DNA of 64,000 nt from Octopus sinensis (GCF_006345805.1 NC_043000.1:102176001-102240000); one strand, 5' to 3'. Shown: positions 25,150 through 38,399, counted from the first letter of the stretch. Notes: generated from the letters alone by a model not told the origin. Numbers and translations are program-made.

Positions 25150-25475
25150 TGCGAAGGGGCGTGGATTAGTGCTTTGAGTATACGGCTCTCGACTGTAAGG
25201 TCGTGAGTCTGACACCCGGCGGCGTGTTGCATCCTTAAGCAAGACGCTTTATTTTACGTTGCTCCAGTTCACTCAAATGGCAAAAATGGGATGTACCTAT
25301 TATTAAAAGGGCCAACCTCCTCAGTATTTCATATCACAATGAATCTCCTTGACAATTACGTTAAGGGTATGCGTGTCTGTGGAGTGCTCAGCCACTTGCA
25401 TGTCAATTTTAAGAGCAGGCTGTTTCATTGATCGGACCAGCTAGAACCCTTGTCAACATAACCGACAGATTGCCT
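25150..25475 (+). mobile_element. tRNA-derived SINE (further family)
   Basis: tRNA-like head GGGGCGTGGATTAGTG...GGTCGTGAGTCTGACACC, then CCTTAAGCAAGACGCTTTATTTTACGTTGCTCCAG. Confidence 0.6.
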
Positions 25476-25829
25476 GTTATATATGCATGTATGTATAAAC
25501 ATATGTAATTGTGTATATGTATATATACAGACGTAACTATAAATATATATGTAAGTGTGTATCTATATATGTATGTGTGTGTATATACATATATATATAA
25601 ACTAAATGTGTTTATATATATATATTATGTGTGTGTGTTAACACTAATATATATTTTATGTGTATGCATGTACAAATACACACGGCCACATAGACAGATA
25701 TACTACACACACATACACGCATACACATGCATACATAAAGTCATACATTCACACTTTTACTTCTATCAGCCTTCCAACTCTGTCCATTCTTGGGCTCTGC
25801 GATTAATTCCCCTTTCATTTCACTTTCGT

Positions 25830-26880
25830 TTTCCCTATGTTGCTGGCTTTTGGCGTAAGAGAGAGTTGGTCATAGCTGCCATTTTTGTGTTTCTTGATAT
25901 GAATTAAGTTTTTCTAGAATCTGTTTTGATATTACTTTTAAAAGACATACAACCTTTTCGAACAGATCCTATCAGTTTTTGGCAAAGTATTGAAGAGTCA
26001 TGACTGCTTGAACCTTAAGTTGTTAAAGCGCTGAGTTTTGATTCTAGATCGAGAGACACGCTTTGGTAGTGTGTAATAACTTTCTCTTTGGAGATCAGTT
26101 TAGCTTACAATCTCAAAATTTGACACTACAAGATCCGTAACCTTCCGAAACATAACGAGAAAGACAATAGTCTACCAGTAGTAATATTATTCATTTTATT
26201 TTTTTTTCATTTCCTAGTCCGGTTTGGTTAAGCAAGTGAGAAAAAGAATCTCTTATCATCTAAACCGTTCTGTTGATATTTATTTTGAACTGGAATATAC
26301 ATTACGTTTTTGAAACATCTTGGACTTTTTCATCTTCCTAAGTTAATGGAACGTTAATTCCTCAGTTTCTGTTGCATTGCAGCAAACAAGAATGATAAAA
26401 CCTTGTTTGGAGTTCTTTCTTCCTTTGCATGGATATCCTATGGCTGCTAGAGTGCAGCGAAATAAAAAATCACCAGTCTTATCATTATTAAATGTTTTAT
26501 TTAGTGTAACAAGAAATTATTTCTTTTATTTTCCTTTCTGTCCTCTTGGTTGTTTTTTGAACTGGAACGTCAACTACTTCAACTCAAATAACTTGATCTC
26601 TTATCCCATAGCGGTCATCAAATCAAGTCAGCCTGAAAACCCAAGAGATTTGACATATCTAGAGAGTTAGTCGTACTTTTTACTTCGCTTTGGTTCGTAA
26701 ACAAAACAAAAAAATGTCTTTTCAACATCGCAGCCCCTATGTGTTTTCTTTGTGGACTAAAATTTGTCTTTCGATTTTTCTTTAACTTTAGACTAATTCA
26801 TAGTTGTCGTGAACAATATCAATTGTCTTCCTCTTCTTTTAACTAGAATCAACAACTTTCAGAGTTTACTACTTGAAATA
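25830..26880 (-). mobile_element. pogo/Tigger-like (CENP-B HTH + DDE_1) transposase remnant
   Basis: Minus-strand fragments RKTN...CDVEKTF, GFSG*LDL, FNNDKTGDFLFRCTLAAIGYPCKGRKNSKQGFIILVCCNATE. Highly decayed; no TIRs found. Confidence 0.65.
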
Positions 26881-27286
26881 AAAACTATTTTGTTCTTCTC
26901 TTTGTATTTTCTGATTTGAAGGATGCCCTCGTTCGGCTGTGGTTTTGCGTTCTCTGATTTACACAGAAGCACAGCAGAATGTGGGCATCGGCATCCTTCG
27001 TAGCTCGAAATAGAAATGTCATAAAACCAACGCAAAACAGTTCCATTCACGTTTTGTGTATGTGTGTGCGTTAGCGTGCATGCATGTCTGTTTGTCTGTC
27101 TGTCTATTTATATGTATGTACGTATGTATACCTTAAAGATATGAAAATTACAGTATTCATATTGGCAGAGAATCGGTTGAACGTTAGAACAGCCCATTTC
27201 TTTTTCTTCAAATCCGTGCTCCAATAGATATTCTCTAGATCTGGTTTTAATGGATTGTTCTCTACAAACAACAAATTTAGCTTATA

Positions 27287-27453
27287 AATTATTTCTACAG
27301 GAAGCACAAGGCCTCAAAATTTGGGGAAAGTGATTAAGTCGATAACATCGACCCCAGTAAGTAACTGGTACTAATTTTATCGACCCCGAAAGAATGAAAC
27401 GGAAAGTCGTCCTCGGCAGAATTTGAACTCAGAACGTAAAGACATGAAATACC
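27287..27453 (-). mobile_element. 3' half of host family-1 SINE (tail B), split at its GGTATTTC site
   Basis: Begins (minus) GGTATTTCATGTCTTTACGTTCTGAGTTCAAATTC and runs to tail B. Confidence 0.85.
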
Positions 27454-29178
27454 AATTTCTTTATAGTCCACAGGGAGCCAAACACAGAAATGGACAAAAC
27501 AACAGATTGGGATCAGGAATACGTTATGATTTTACATAAAATATAAATATAAAAATTATATAAAATATTAAAAAAATCGAATGAAATTATCAATACAAAG
27601 ACAACACAAATGTAGCGATGATCAGGCCACGCTCCGACCCCATAAGCCCGATCTATCGCTGGTACCTTGTTTTTGTTCTTCTTTTATAGCCTATTCACAC
27701 GGTTCCTTGCACGCACAACACTCGTGCAACATGCTTCCATCTCTTTTTGAATATACTCTCCGATAGACACCTCTTCTCCAGACACACCTTCCTTTTCAAA
27801 GGAAAAGTAAAACATGATCGTAAATAAAGTTGCCTGTCTTAATCCCTTTTATTCTAGTCTTCCATACTGCCTCTTTCACTATTGCTACAACCGTGAGAAA
27901 ACAATTCTTACCTTCGTTTGTAAAACTTCCGGTGGGTCGATTTTTATAATTGACTCAATCGACAGATGTACTCTTCCTTCGCCGGACAACAAGTGTTCAG
28001 CATAAACCCACATTTCAGATATCTCCAGACACTGGGCAATAGCGTGAGGGACGGTTTTTCTGTGTCCCTCTCATCTTGGACAGGTCGGAGACTGACGCTT
28101 TCCATGTCTTGCGAGCTTATCGCAAACGGGCCATTTTTCTCTTGTTGTTAGTTGCTATCTCTTCTCCTCCTCCTCACCATCGGATTCTTCCTCGCCGTCT
28201 CTACAGTGCTTTTTTTTTATATGGCCCAGCTGGCCACACTGGAAACATCGGGGCTTACGTCCCTCGATGAATACGTTAAGGAATTCCTCCCCAATTTCTA
28301 TTTTCTCCTGGAACTGTTCTAAAATTGATTGTTCGGCTTCTTTTAGGTGAACCGTTTGACCGGTCCAATAAGCCTTTTCTGTGACGGTAACCTGAAGGAG
28401 TGTTATATTATCTTCCTTTTTTGCCCGGACTGTCGCCATCAACCACATAGGGTCGACTTGAGGTAGGACCCTTGGTATGCGTATCTTTGACGTCCTCATT
28501 CCCATATATATTGGAATTAAAACAACGTCCTCCGTTTCTAAAGATGTAACTGAGTGCATTTGTGCAGTTTCTATATCTTTTAGTCGTACCTCGATAGTAA
28601 TATCCTGCCAGATGGGTTTCAAGCACTTCTCAACTTTCTCTTCGCTCACTCGATCATTTTTTTCCTTTTAGACAGTAAGATTTTAAAATAATTGTTTTTC
28701 TTTTTTCTAACAGTAATAGTTCTTCCGATGTGTTGAACTTTCACAACACGTCTTCAATTGTTATCATATCTTTGTATTTTATCAGATCATTTTTGTTTGT
28801 CGACAGCTGGCGGGTTCCACCTCCAGCCGCCGACGCAAAACTTCAATATTCCTCTTTGCAACAGCACACATTGATGGTTGAGGAAATTCACTTTCAGAAG
28901 AATACGAAATATCACCAAATATTAAATTTTTAATCTTTTTTACCTCTCTGCCGGTTGACGACTCTTCACCAGACGAAGTTACACTTTTCGGCAGCTTGCC
29001 AGCAATTAATGTTTCCCCCACAATGGAAAACACACGATAGTTTTCGAGCGAAGACTATCACACAAATAATTATAACAGGAACAATAATCATAAGAGGAAA
29101 TAACACAAAAACATTCAATAGAGACTTGCACTTACTATACAGACGCACTTCAATAATTACCAATAAATCCAAACTCAC
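27454..29178 (-). mobile_element. ORF1-only (HAL1-like) Tx1 derivative: 5' UTR + ORF1 + ORF2 C-terminus + 3' UTR
   Basis: ORF1 with zinc knuckle; join near 28131-28154 straight to PVCDKLARHG..CPR..HAIAQC (ORF2 C-terminus); end TATAAAGAAATT; TSD-like ACAGACGAAATACC (29179-29192) versus A--CATGAAATACC context (27440-27453). Confidence 0.82.
28155..28649 (-). pseudogene. Tx1/L1-type ORF1 (gag-like) fragment with CCHC knuckle
   Basis: 164-aa ORF ending VFIEGRKPRCFQCGQLGHIKKKHC plus an acidic patch. It probably extends upstream through a frameshift in an A-run (~28660) and stops toward 29033 (inference). Confidence 0.8.
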
Positions 29179-29192
29179 ACAGACGAAATACC

Positions 29193-29382
29193 TATTTCTT
29201 TACTACCCACAAGGGACTAAACACAAAGGAGACAACAAAAGATTATATCGACCCCGGTGCGTAACTGGTACTTAATTTATCGACCCTGAAAGGATGAAAG
29301 GCAAAGTCGACCTCGGCGGAATTTGAACTCAGAACGTAATAGCAGACGAAATACCGCTAAGCATTTCGCCGGCTCGTTGCCT
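29193..29382 (-). mobile_element. Family-1 SINE, tail type A, ending at the GGTATTTCGTCTG target
   Basis: Minus strand: head (small deletion), body, ...CCCTTGTGGGTAGTAAAGAAATA|GGTATTTCGTCTGT. Confidence 0.85.
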
Positions 29383-29412
29383 TGGATAGAGTATTAAATA
29401 TTTAAAAAACAA

Positions 29413-29634
29413 TGACCCTTTCTACTGAAGACAGAATGCCATGAAATTTTTTTGTTGGGCGGGACTAGTCAATTACGCTGACTCCAGTGTTTCACTGGTA
29501 CTTAATTTATCGACCCTAAAGGGATGAAAGGCAAAGTCGACTGCGGTGGAATTTGAACTCAGAACGTAGCGGCAGACGAAATACCGCTAAGCATTTCGTC
29601 GAGCGTACTAACGATTCTGCCAGTTCGCTGCCTT
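29413..29634 (-). mobile_element. Family-1 SINE, tail type B, with ~30-bp duplicated flank
   Basis: Complete head/body; flank TTG(G/A)ATAGAGTATTAA(A/G)TATT(T/C)AAAAAA at ~29381 and ~29633. Confidence 0.85.
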
Positions 29635-29682
29635 GAATAGAGTATTAAGTATTCAAAAAAATAATAATAACAGAGATATTTA

Positions 29683-29770
29683 CAAGGGTTGCCTGAAAAG
29701 TTCACAGGCTGACAAAGATAATTTCATGGAATGTGACCAAATGAGGGTTATTTTTCAACGTAGCCCCCCT
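29683..29770 (+). mobile_element. Mariner-type left end fragment
   Basis: TA|CAAGGGTTGCCTGAAAAGTTC resembles the TIR of the 30651 MITE; no right end seen. Confidence 0.45.
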
Positions 29771-29799
29771 TGTTACTATGTATATGGTTTGTCCACATT

Positions 29800-30021
29800 A
29801 GTCCGTGTAAGCACAGAGTTGGTTTCCCGGGCGTATATATTCTTCCCTGGATGGGATGCCAGTCCGTCGCACGATCACTCACATTTAACAGCTGAGTAGA
29901 CTAGAGAAATGTGAAATGAAGTGTTTTGCTCAAGAACACAAAGCATCGCACTGTTCAGGAATCGAAACCACAATCTTACGATCATGAATCCAACACCCTA
30001 ACCACTTAGCCACGCACCTCC
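29800..30021 (-). mobile_element. V-SINE-like tRNA SINE
   Basis: tRNA head GGAGGTGCGTGGCTAAGTGGTTAG...GGTTTCGATTCC; GCGACGGACTGGCATCCCATCCAGGG resembles the V-domain. Confidence 0.75.
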
Positions 30022-30650
30022 ACAACTATGTGTATAAATGTGTAGAACTGAGCGTTGCGTTTCTGTATACCGTGGGATATCAGTATCTTTACAGGATGAC
30101 AAATGTGCGACGAGAAATTAGAAACTTTTTAGCTTTTTATTGTTTGTTTCCGCTTTGACGTAAATTTTGCAGCTAGGATTTAATTTTCTTCCGTTATACT
30201 GAAATATTCGTAACAAATTTCATTATAATGAGATTATTTTAGTGTGGTTTTAACAGGCTTGTGCCCCGGAATTGAATTTAAAAAATCACTATAATTATAT
30301 GCGTTAAACGGAAATTCACCGATGCAAGGAAAATACGAAAGACGTTTAGAACAAATTCTCCTCTCAATTTATTGACAATTTTGAGAGATTCGAAGAAACA
30401 GTGGAGATTATTTCAAGTGAAATAAAAGCGATTATTCCCATCAATTGCACATTAATGTTTCTATCAGTGGTTTCATTGCGGTCGCTAATCCTTGAACTGA
30501 TCAACTCATTTATTCCCAGTCGAAATGAAATCCCTGGTTACTATGAATTACTGAACGTCCAATTACTTTGATAAAGGTTCTTTTCTTCAATTCATCTTCT
30601 ATTGAGCTTCCTTCTCTCTTGTAGCACTGTGATGTACATATATACATATA

Positions 30651-30867
30651 CAAGGGATGCAGAAAAGTTCCTGGCTTTGGATAGAAAAAATGTAGGAGGA
30701 TCAGTTAATTATGATTTTATTTAACATATTTCCCTCTCAGATTCATACACATATTGTAGCATTCCTTAAGTTTTCCTAAGCTCTGTAAAAAATAACTTGG
30801 AATGTTGGACCTCCAACCAGACATTTCGCGGCACCCTTAAAGCCAAGAGCTTTTCAGCATCCTCTCG
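30651..30867. mobile_element. Mariner-derived MITE, 217 bp
   Basis: ~28-bp imperfect TIRs CAAGGGATGCAGAAAAGTTCCTGGCTTT / AAAGCCAAGAGCTTTTCAGCATCCTCTCG; TA on the left, TG on the right. Confidence 0.75.
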
Positions 30868-32886
30868 TGAGTGTGTGTATTATCTTTTTCCCAAAATTTA
30901 AAGGTCAAAATCCCTAGTACGCACTATATACGAGGTTAAAAATGAAAATCATTTTCTAAGCAATGTTCAAGTCTCTATTTGCTGTCTGGCTATGTTTATT
31001 CAGAAGCATTTTGTGGTGTCGGGCGCGAAAATACATTAAGCTAAGCCTGAAAGCAATGAAGTCATAAAAGAATCATCCATAACTTGCAGTAAGCAACATT
31101 TATTAAACGTTATTACTGTTATTACTGTTATTTCTTTATTTTCTGCAAACAAAATGCACAAAAAGCTACACGTTTCCATTATGTTATATATACAATAATA
31201 ATAAAGGACGTTACCGTATACATTTTTACAAACCAAGGACGTTATATAGACCTCCTTGACTCAAGTTAGAGAAGAGGTGCGTATTATACACAAGGTTTCG
31301 ATTTTTCAGAGGTACAGTTCCCTAAATATCCCCTGCGTATTATACTCAAGAACGGACTATACTGGAGGATTTACGGTATATATATATATATTAGCGAACA
31401 GCAGAGAAGGATACATTTTATATATGATTCATAATCTAATTGTTTTCGACAGCGGTTGTTTGAGCGGAGTAAAAACCTCATTCATATAATTACGTAATTA
31501 GCAAGTATAAGTAAGTCATTTAAATGTGATAAATTACCCATTACGTCAGAAGAAAAGGATTAAAATGTAAAAACTACAGAACAGGCTATAAAAAGCATCA
31601 GTAATTCACGAGTCTCCTTTTCTTATGAATTAATTATTGTAGGACGTTGACTTGGTCTTGTTTCTAGGAGAACCAAAATGCATGTAGCAGCCATCATTTA
31701 TCTTATTTACGCTACATCTCGTTATTTTACTTACCCTACACCTTGTTAATAAAGAACGGATATGTTTGAATATGTTGAATGAGAGGGGAGGACATTAATA
31801 CTAATTGATAACATTACTCTCCGACAGAATTATAAATAATAATTATCAATAAGACTTTTATATAAACAATTATTATATCACTTATTCATATCTCTCTTTT
31901 CTAGCTGTCATGTGACATATTCAATGGAGAAACGCTTCTATGTGACCTTCTCGCACGACTCCCATAAAAACTTAATACATGAACGTTGACTAATCAATTT
32001 GTGCGCTAACGGATGGCGTCCTGAGTCACATTCGTACTTTAAAAAACAAAGTATTTTTATAAAGGCTAGAACTGACATAATTCGCGCCACAGCTCCATAT
32101 AATATATGCTGTTGAAAATCTAATGTGAAACCGGTGAAATTATTTCCTATATTTTATGATACAATTAGATTCTAATTAATTCTACAATATTCACTGCGCA
32201 TTTTCAACTTCATTTCTTCTATTTTTCCACTTGTTTGTATTTATAACAATTTGTATACATATATATATGTGTGTGTGTGTGTATTGATGCATGCTAACAG
32301 ATGTACGCACAAATATTGCTGTACATAGGCACACAAGCACAAACACACACACATGCACATACACATACACATACATGTCCTTGTCTACATAACTGGTACA
32401 CCTTTTGTTTTGCCTTGCATGATATTTTTCTGAGATATTTTCTCAATAATAGCTATCACTAAAGATTTTCAGGCGCTATTCTCACATCTGTATACAACAG
32501 AAAAACTATAAAAAAAGAAAGATGCATATCAGTTCAGTAATTTTATACTTTATGTAATTGCGTATTATATTTATCACACTTCTGGCATAAATAATTGATA
32601 AGCAAAAGAATAGTCTTTGTATTTTAACTATAATATCATGACACAAAATGCCGTTTAATAAAAAAAAGATATTCTGATATATAAAATAAAGCATTTGTAA
32701 AAGTGTAGGATTACTTGTTTTATATAATAAGATAACAAGCTAGACATGAGAATCTTCCGTTTTGGATATTATAACTCGAACATAGATTGTGGCCCTTCCT
32801 AGCTTCTTGTGCTTCTCTCTCTCTCTTTCATTCTTTCTCCACTCTCTCTCTCCCAATGTGTATATATATATACATATATATATATG

Positions 32887-32928
<42 letters not shown>

Positions 32929-33044
32929 TATTATATATATATTACATATATATATACACACACATATATATATATATATATATATGTCTCTGTGTGTGTA
33001 TGTATGTATGTATGTATACACCGCATTGTTAGATGAAGAATCTT

Positions 33045-33384
<340 letters not shown>

Positions 33385-33577
33385 GTATGTATGCATGTAT
33401 GTATGCATTTAACATTGCCTACAATTGTTTCACTTCGCACACAATTTAAATTACAAAACAAATATAATAATATAAGTTTGCCTTTTGAGTATGCTGGGTG
33501 TAAGATTTACAGAGCAAAACGGACATTTTGATCAGATGAAATACTCCAACAGATGAAAACGTGTTTATTGTGTGTGT

Positions 33578-33626
<49 letters not shown>

Positions 33627-34859
33627 CGCGCATACGTTGATATTTTTATTTTTTATTTAAATACGTTAATAATAATAATTATAACGAATTAAAGTATATA
33701 AAAATGAAAATAAGGATAAAAATAAAGATTGATAGTAAATCATAAAAAAATGAATAGAATAAAAATGAAATAAAAGTTTTTTTTTTACAAAACATAGACG
33801 TCCGTGGTCCATTTTGTTTTATGTGTGAATGCATGATCGTGCGTTTATATGTGTGCTCGTATGTGTATGTACGTATATTTACTGCCTAAGTTAATTTATG
33901 TGCATGTATGTGTGTATGTGTGTATGTGTGTCGGCATAAGATTATTGAATACGAGTATGGAAGTCATCGTATGTATGAATGTGTATGTGTGCGTTTACAG
34001 GTTGTTACTTCTTAAGTTCCTTTATTAGTGCGTAAGTGTGTATATGTAGTAGTAAAAGGTTATCGAATATTTCTATAAATATATACGTATTTATAGGTAT
34101 GGATATTCATAGCCCATTTCAGTTTATGTATGATTGTTTATGTGTGTGTGTGTGTGTGTATAGATGTTTACTGTCTCATTTGATTTATTTGTGTGTAAGT
34201 ATGCATGTATGTTAGTAACCTGTTATGAAGTCAAATCAGTTTGTTAATATACATATATATTCCCTTATATTCGTTTATCTAATTCATGAAGAAGTCAATC
34301 ATAAAAGTCAATCATAATTATTATAATATGAAACGGTAAGATAATTAGTAAAGTAATTATATTTATATTTAGCTATTGATTCATAGATTATTCTATTATA
34401 ACATTATAAATTTGTATGTGAAAGATAACACATATATGGATATGGCCTTACTTTACATGCATGTTAAGATTAATACGTAGATATATTAAGTATATTACGT
34501 CTTCAATATTGGTGCTATCGATAGAATTATAATATTTGAAGCTAAAATAAGATGCATTATATTATCTGATTAATTAATAAAGATCAGCATTTAATATAAT
34601 TATCAAATTGATATTCAAGTATTATCTTATATAATATATAGTATATATTATTTATATTTATATTATTTTTATCCTATGTTTGGTCTGTAAAATAAGTTAT
34701 GCCCATTATATTATGCTTATACCGTTAATGTTTATTTTCATTATTATTTATTAAATTTTAGAAATGTTATAATTTCTAAATCTCTCTAAAGGAGAAATAC
34801 AGCAGCAGTACAGAGTATTAATATTTATTGCCAAACTAACGTGGCAATCCAGAGAAATA

Positions 34860-35480
34860 GGACGAATGCTGATGATTAGCTCCAAGAGGCGATCGCCTCT
34901 AGCTAGATATATGACGCACAAACCTGCGTTTATAAACCTTCGAACAGGGCAGGTCATCAACTTCTCCTTGCTGGTTTGACATCCGCAGACCGGTTTCGGG
35001 GTAGTTGCTCCTTATCAAGGTGGAGCAGCCACATATTTCTAAAATATACTTAGGTTCATTCTAACAAGTTAAAATATTCACTCTTCCTGGATTAATTTGT
35101 GCTTAGATTGTATATATTATACGTATTATATATTGTATATCTAATGTTCAGCTTTGTTATTAATTATTTATTTAACTATTAAATTTTCTAAAAATATACT
35201 TCGAGTAGTGACAGCAAACTAAATAATTTCTTTCCAGGGGTTAATCAATCTATGTTTGAATTCTATTATCCGAAAATTTTCTTCTGTATGTAATTGATAT
35301 CTATCTGAAATTTGATCGGCTCTGGCATGGCTTACAACCTCCCATTTAATTTTATAATTTTCCCCATTATCTTTTAACATCCATATAAGTTCGCTGAGAC
35401 TAATACTGTTGATTTTATGCTTATTTCTAAAAGAATTCTCATGGATCGCGATTCTCCGTTTAAATTGTATTTTCAACCTA
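34860..35480 (-). mobile_element. Penelope-like element 3' end: GIY-YIG C-terminus plus pLTR region with degenerate hammerhead-like motifs
   Basis: ORF 35219-35476 FKRRIAIHENSFRNK..SLSELIWMLKD..YKIKWEVV; downstream TTGATAAGGAGC...CGAAACCGGTC. Confidence 0.75.
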
Positions 35481-35596
35481 TGTAATGGTATATATATATG
35501 TGTGTGTGCTTGTGTGTGTGTGCATGTATGTATTTATGTATGTATATATAATTTAAACAAGGATAAAAATCCTCTTAAAGTGATTATAAAAATAAT

Positions 35597-35636
35597 ATTA
35601 TTATTATTATATTATTATTATTATTATTATTATTAT

Positions 35637-35677
<41 letters not shown>

Positions 35678-35736
35678 CTAGCAGCAGCAGCAGCAGCAGC
35701 AGTAGCAGCAGTTGCAGCAGCAGTGGCAGCAGTAGC

Positions 35737-35785
<49 letters not shown>
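35597..35785. repeat. Compound trinucleotide tract (TTA)n-(TAG)n-(CAG)n-(TAG)n; analogous tracts at 8390-8711 and 37470-37740
   Basis: Read directly. Confidence 0.95.
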
Positions 35786-35789
35786 TTTG

Positions 35790-36520
35790 GTACATTATTC
35801 CATTCGCTAAGCAAGCTAAGAACAATTTTGTTGGATCTTTATACAAACTGTTTTGTAAACATTCCACCAAAGAAAATAGATATTAGGGTATAATTAACGC
35901 CTGCTTCTTGTGGCTTTTTCTGTTTCGAAAAATACGTCCCAAATTATTTCTTCCTTTAAAGAGAGGAAATTATCCAATTTTTATAACAATAAAGACCAGA
36001 TTAAATGCAAAAATATTAATGCTCTAAGATGTAATGTCAGTAATAAATGTATAATGTACATTAAATCTGACATTAATCCACATTAAATCTCACCCTAACC
36101 TGAAGAAAAATATATATCGTGATGGCAAGGTTAGAAATAACTGTTTCATAAATATTCTGAGCAAAAAACTGTATTATATAGATGTAGAGTGAAATCTGAA
36201 TGTAAGAATTTCTTTTACATCGGTGCAACGGAAAACTTTATCAAAAGAAGCATCCCCAGTCACAATTACACATTTAATAATAAAAATAAGCTCTCTTCTA
36301 CAAGCCTTATTAAATTTCTTTGGGACTTAAAGGACAAAAATGAAACGTTTACTGTGGAATTGGAAATAAGCAGGGCCAGTGTTTATAAGATTGGAAATGC
36401 CTGTTGTTTTCTTTGAGTGGAAGAATTATTCCACATCTTAAATTCTTGATGTAGACTCCTTAACATAAAAAAAGGGTGGGTTATCATGTGTTCACGCCTG
36501 TAAACATATTTTCAAAAACT
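35790..36520 (+). mobile_element. Penelope-like element fragment (linker + GIY-YIG)
   Basis: ORF 36189-36416 FYIGATENFIKRSIPSHNYTFNNKNKLSSTSLIKFLWDLK; Cys-rich linker upstream. Confidence 0.75.
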
Positions 36521-36742
36521 TCCATTAAATTAAACATCATGTAAGGATTACTATGACTATAAATTAGGTGGTATCATAGGATTACTATGCCAAAAATTGT
36601 AACTAAAATTATTAAATAATTCTTAGTAGATATACTATTATTATTAAAATATAAAATAAATGGTAAATATAGATATAAGGTTTTACTTACGGGTAACTGT
36701 ATTATATAAAGGTTGCTAGTACGTTAATTTAAGTACGTGTCT

Positions 36743-36886
36743 CAGGAATGTGTGATTATTCAACCACATGGTTCCGGGTTCAGTCCCACTGTGTGGCACC
36801 TTGGGCAAGTGTTTTCTACTATAGTCTCAGGCCGACCAAAGCCTTGTGAGTGGATTTGGTAGACGGAAACTGAAAGAAGCCCGTCG

Positions 36887-36959
<73 letters not shown>

Positions 36960-37175
36960 TTGTGTGTCTGTGTTTGTCCCCCCAACATCGCTTGACAACC
37001 GATGCTGGTGTGTTTACATCCCTGTAACTTAGCGGTTCGACAAAAAAGAGCGATAGAATAAGTACTCGGCTTACAAAGAATAAGTCCTGGGGTCGATTTC
37101 CTCGACTAAAGGCAGTGCTCCAGCATGACCGCAGTCAAATGACTGAAACAAGTAAAAGGGTAAAAGAGTAAAGTA
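36743..37175 (+). mobile_element. SINE family 2 copy
   Basis: Colinear with 6081-6502, including the internal microsatellite and GTAAAA tail. Confidence 0.88.
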
Positions 37176-37478
37176 ACGGGTAATTCTAAGTTAAAGATAC
37201 TACGTGTTATCATAAAGGTTTTAATTTTTATTAATTTTGATTTGTTAGCGTTAATGCTTTTCTCAGTTATGATCGTTGGTATCTATTGTCACTGTTATAA
37301 ATAGATATATTGTGCACTTATATTGATGACGTAATATTCAACTTAGCTAAATTAAGTAGTTTTGATTCGTCATCGTCTAGTAACTTTCAACACATTAACA
37401 AACGCACCCACAAATGCAGTAAAAATATTATATACAGGGAACTATGGTTAGAAATAAAAAATAAATAAATAATGAATA

Positions 37479-37531
<53 letters not shown>

Positions 37532-37629
37532 CAACAACAACAAATACTACTACTACTAATAGTAATAATGATATTAATAATAAATTCTACTACTGCGACT
37601 AATACTACTGCTATTACTACTACTACTAT

Positions 37630-37718
<89 letters not shown>

Positions 37719-38399
37719 ATAATAATAATAATAATAATTAGTAAAGATTACAACTGAGTGAATTATAACAAACTGCTTAAGTCATTAAAAACTTTACTGA
37801 CATTTCGATTTATCATAACTAATAATATAAATTAGGAATATTGTTTTAATTTCTAAGTAATCGTATCAAAATATTGATAATTTTGTAACCGATACTACTG
37901 TTTTTCCACACATTACACGCACACGTGAACAAATGCATTAACAAATATGCACATACGTATACAAAAGTAACGGTTATTTAAATATACTGGTTGCTGGAAC
38001 GCAATAATATCTTCATCAAACAAAGTAATTTGCGAGGCGCGAAACCATGTCCACGAAACAGATGGTAAATATTTTATTTTTAATTCCCTTTCGAAATTAC
38101 CCCTATTTGTGGTTTTGGATTTTAACTACTCCTTCTAGCGGTTTAGATGTCCGATTATAGCCTTCTCTTATGTGTTTAAATGTACACTGTATGATATCAT
38201 GAATAATATATAGTCTATTGACTAGTTTTTCTACACGCTAGGTGGTAAAAAAAATATTTTACTACCCTGAAATTTAATAATAATAATAATTCTTTTGGCT
38301 AATTGACAGATGTTTTGATGGGAATATGCCACCAGCATTCGTTATGCTGATATTTGTGTACATATTCAATAACAGAGAAATTCTCTATACTTACTCCAA

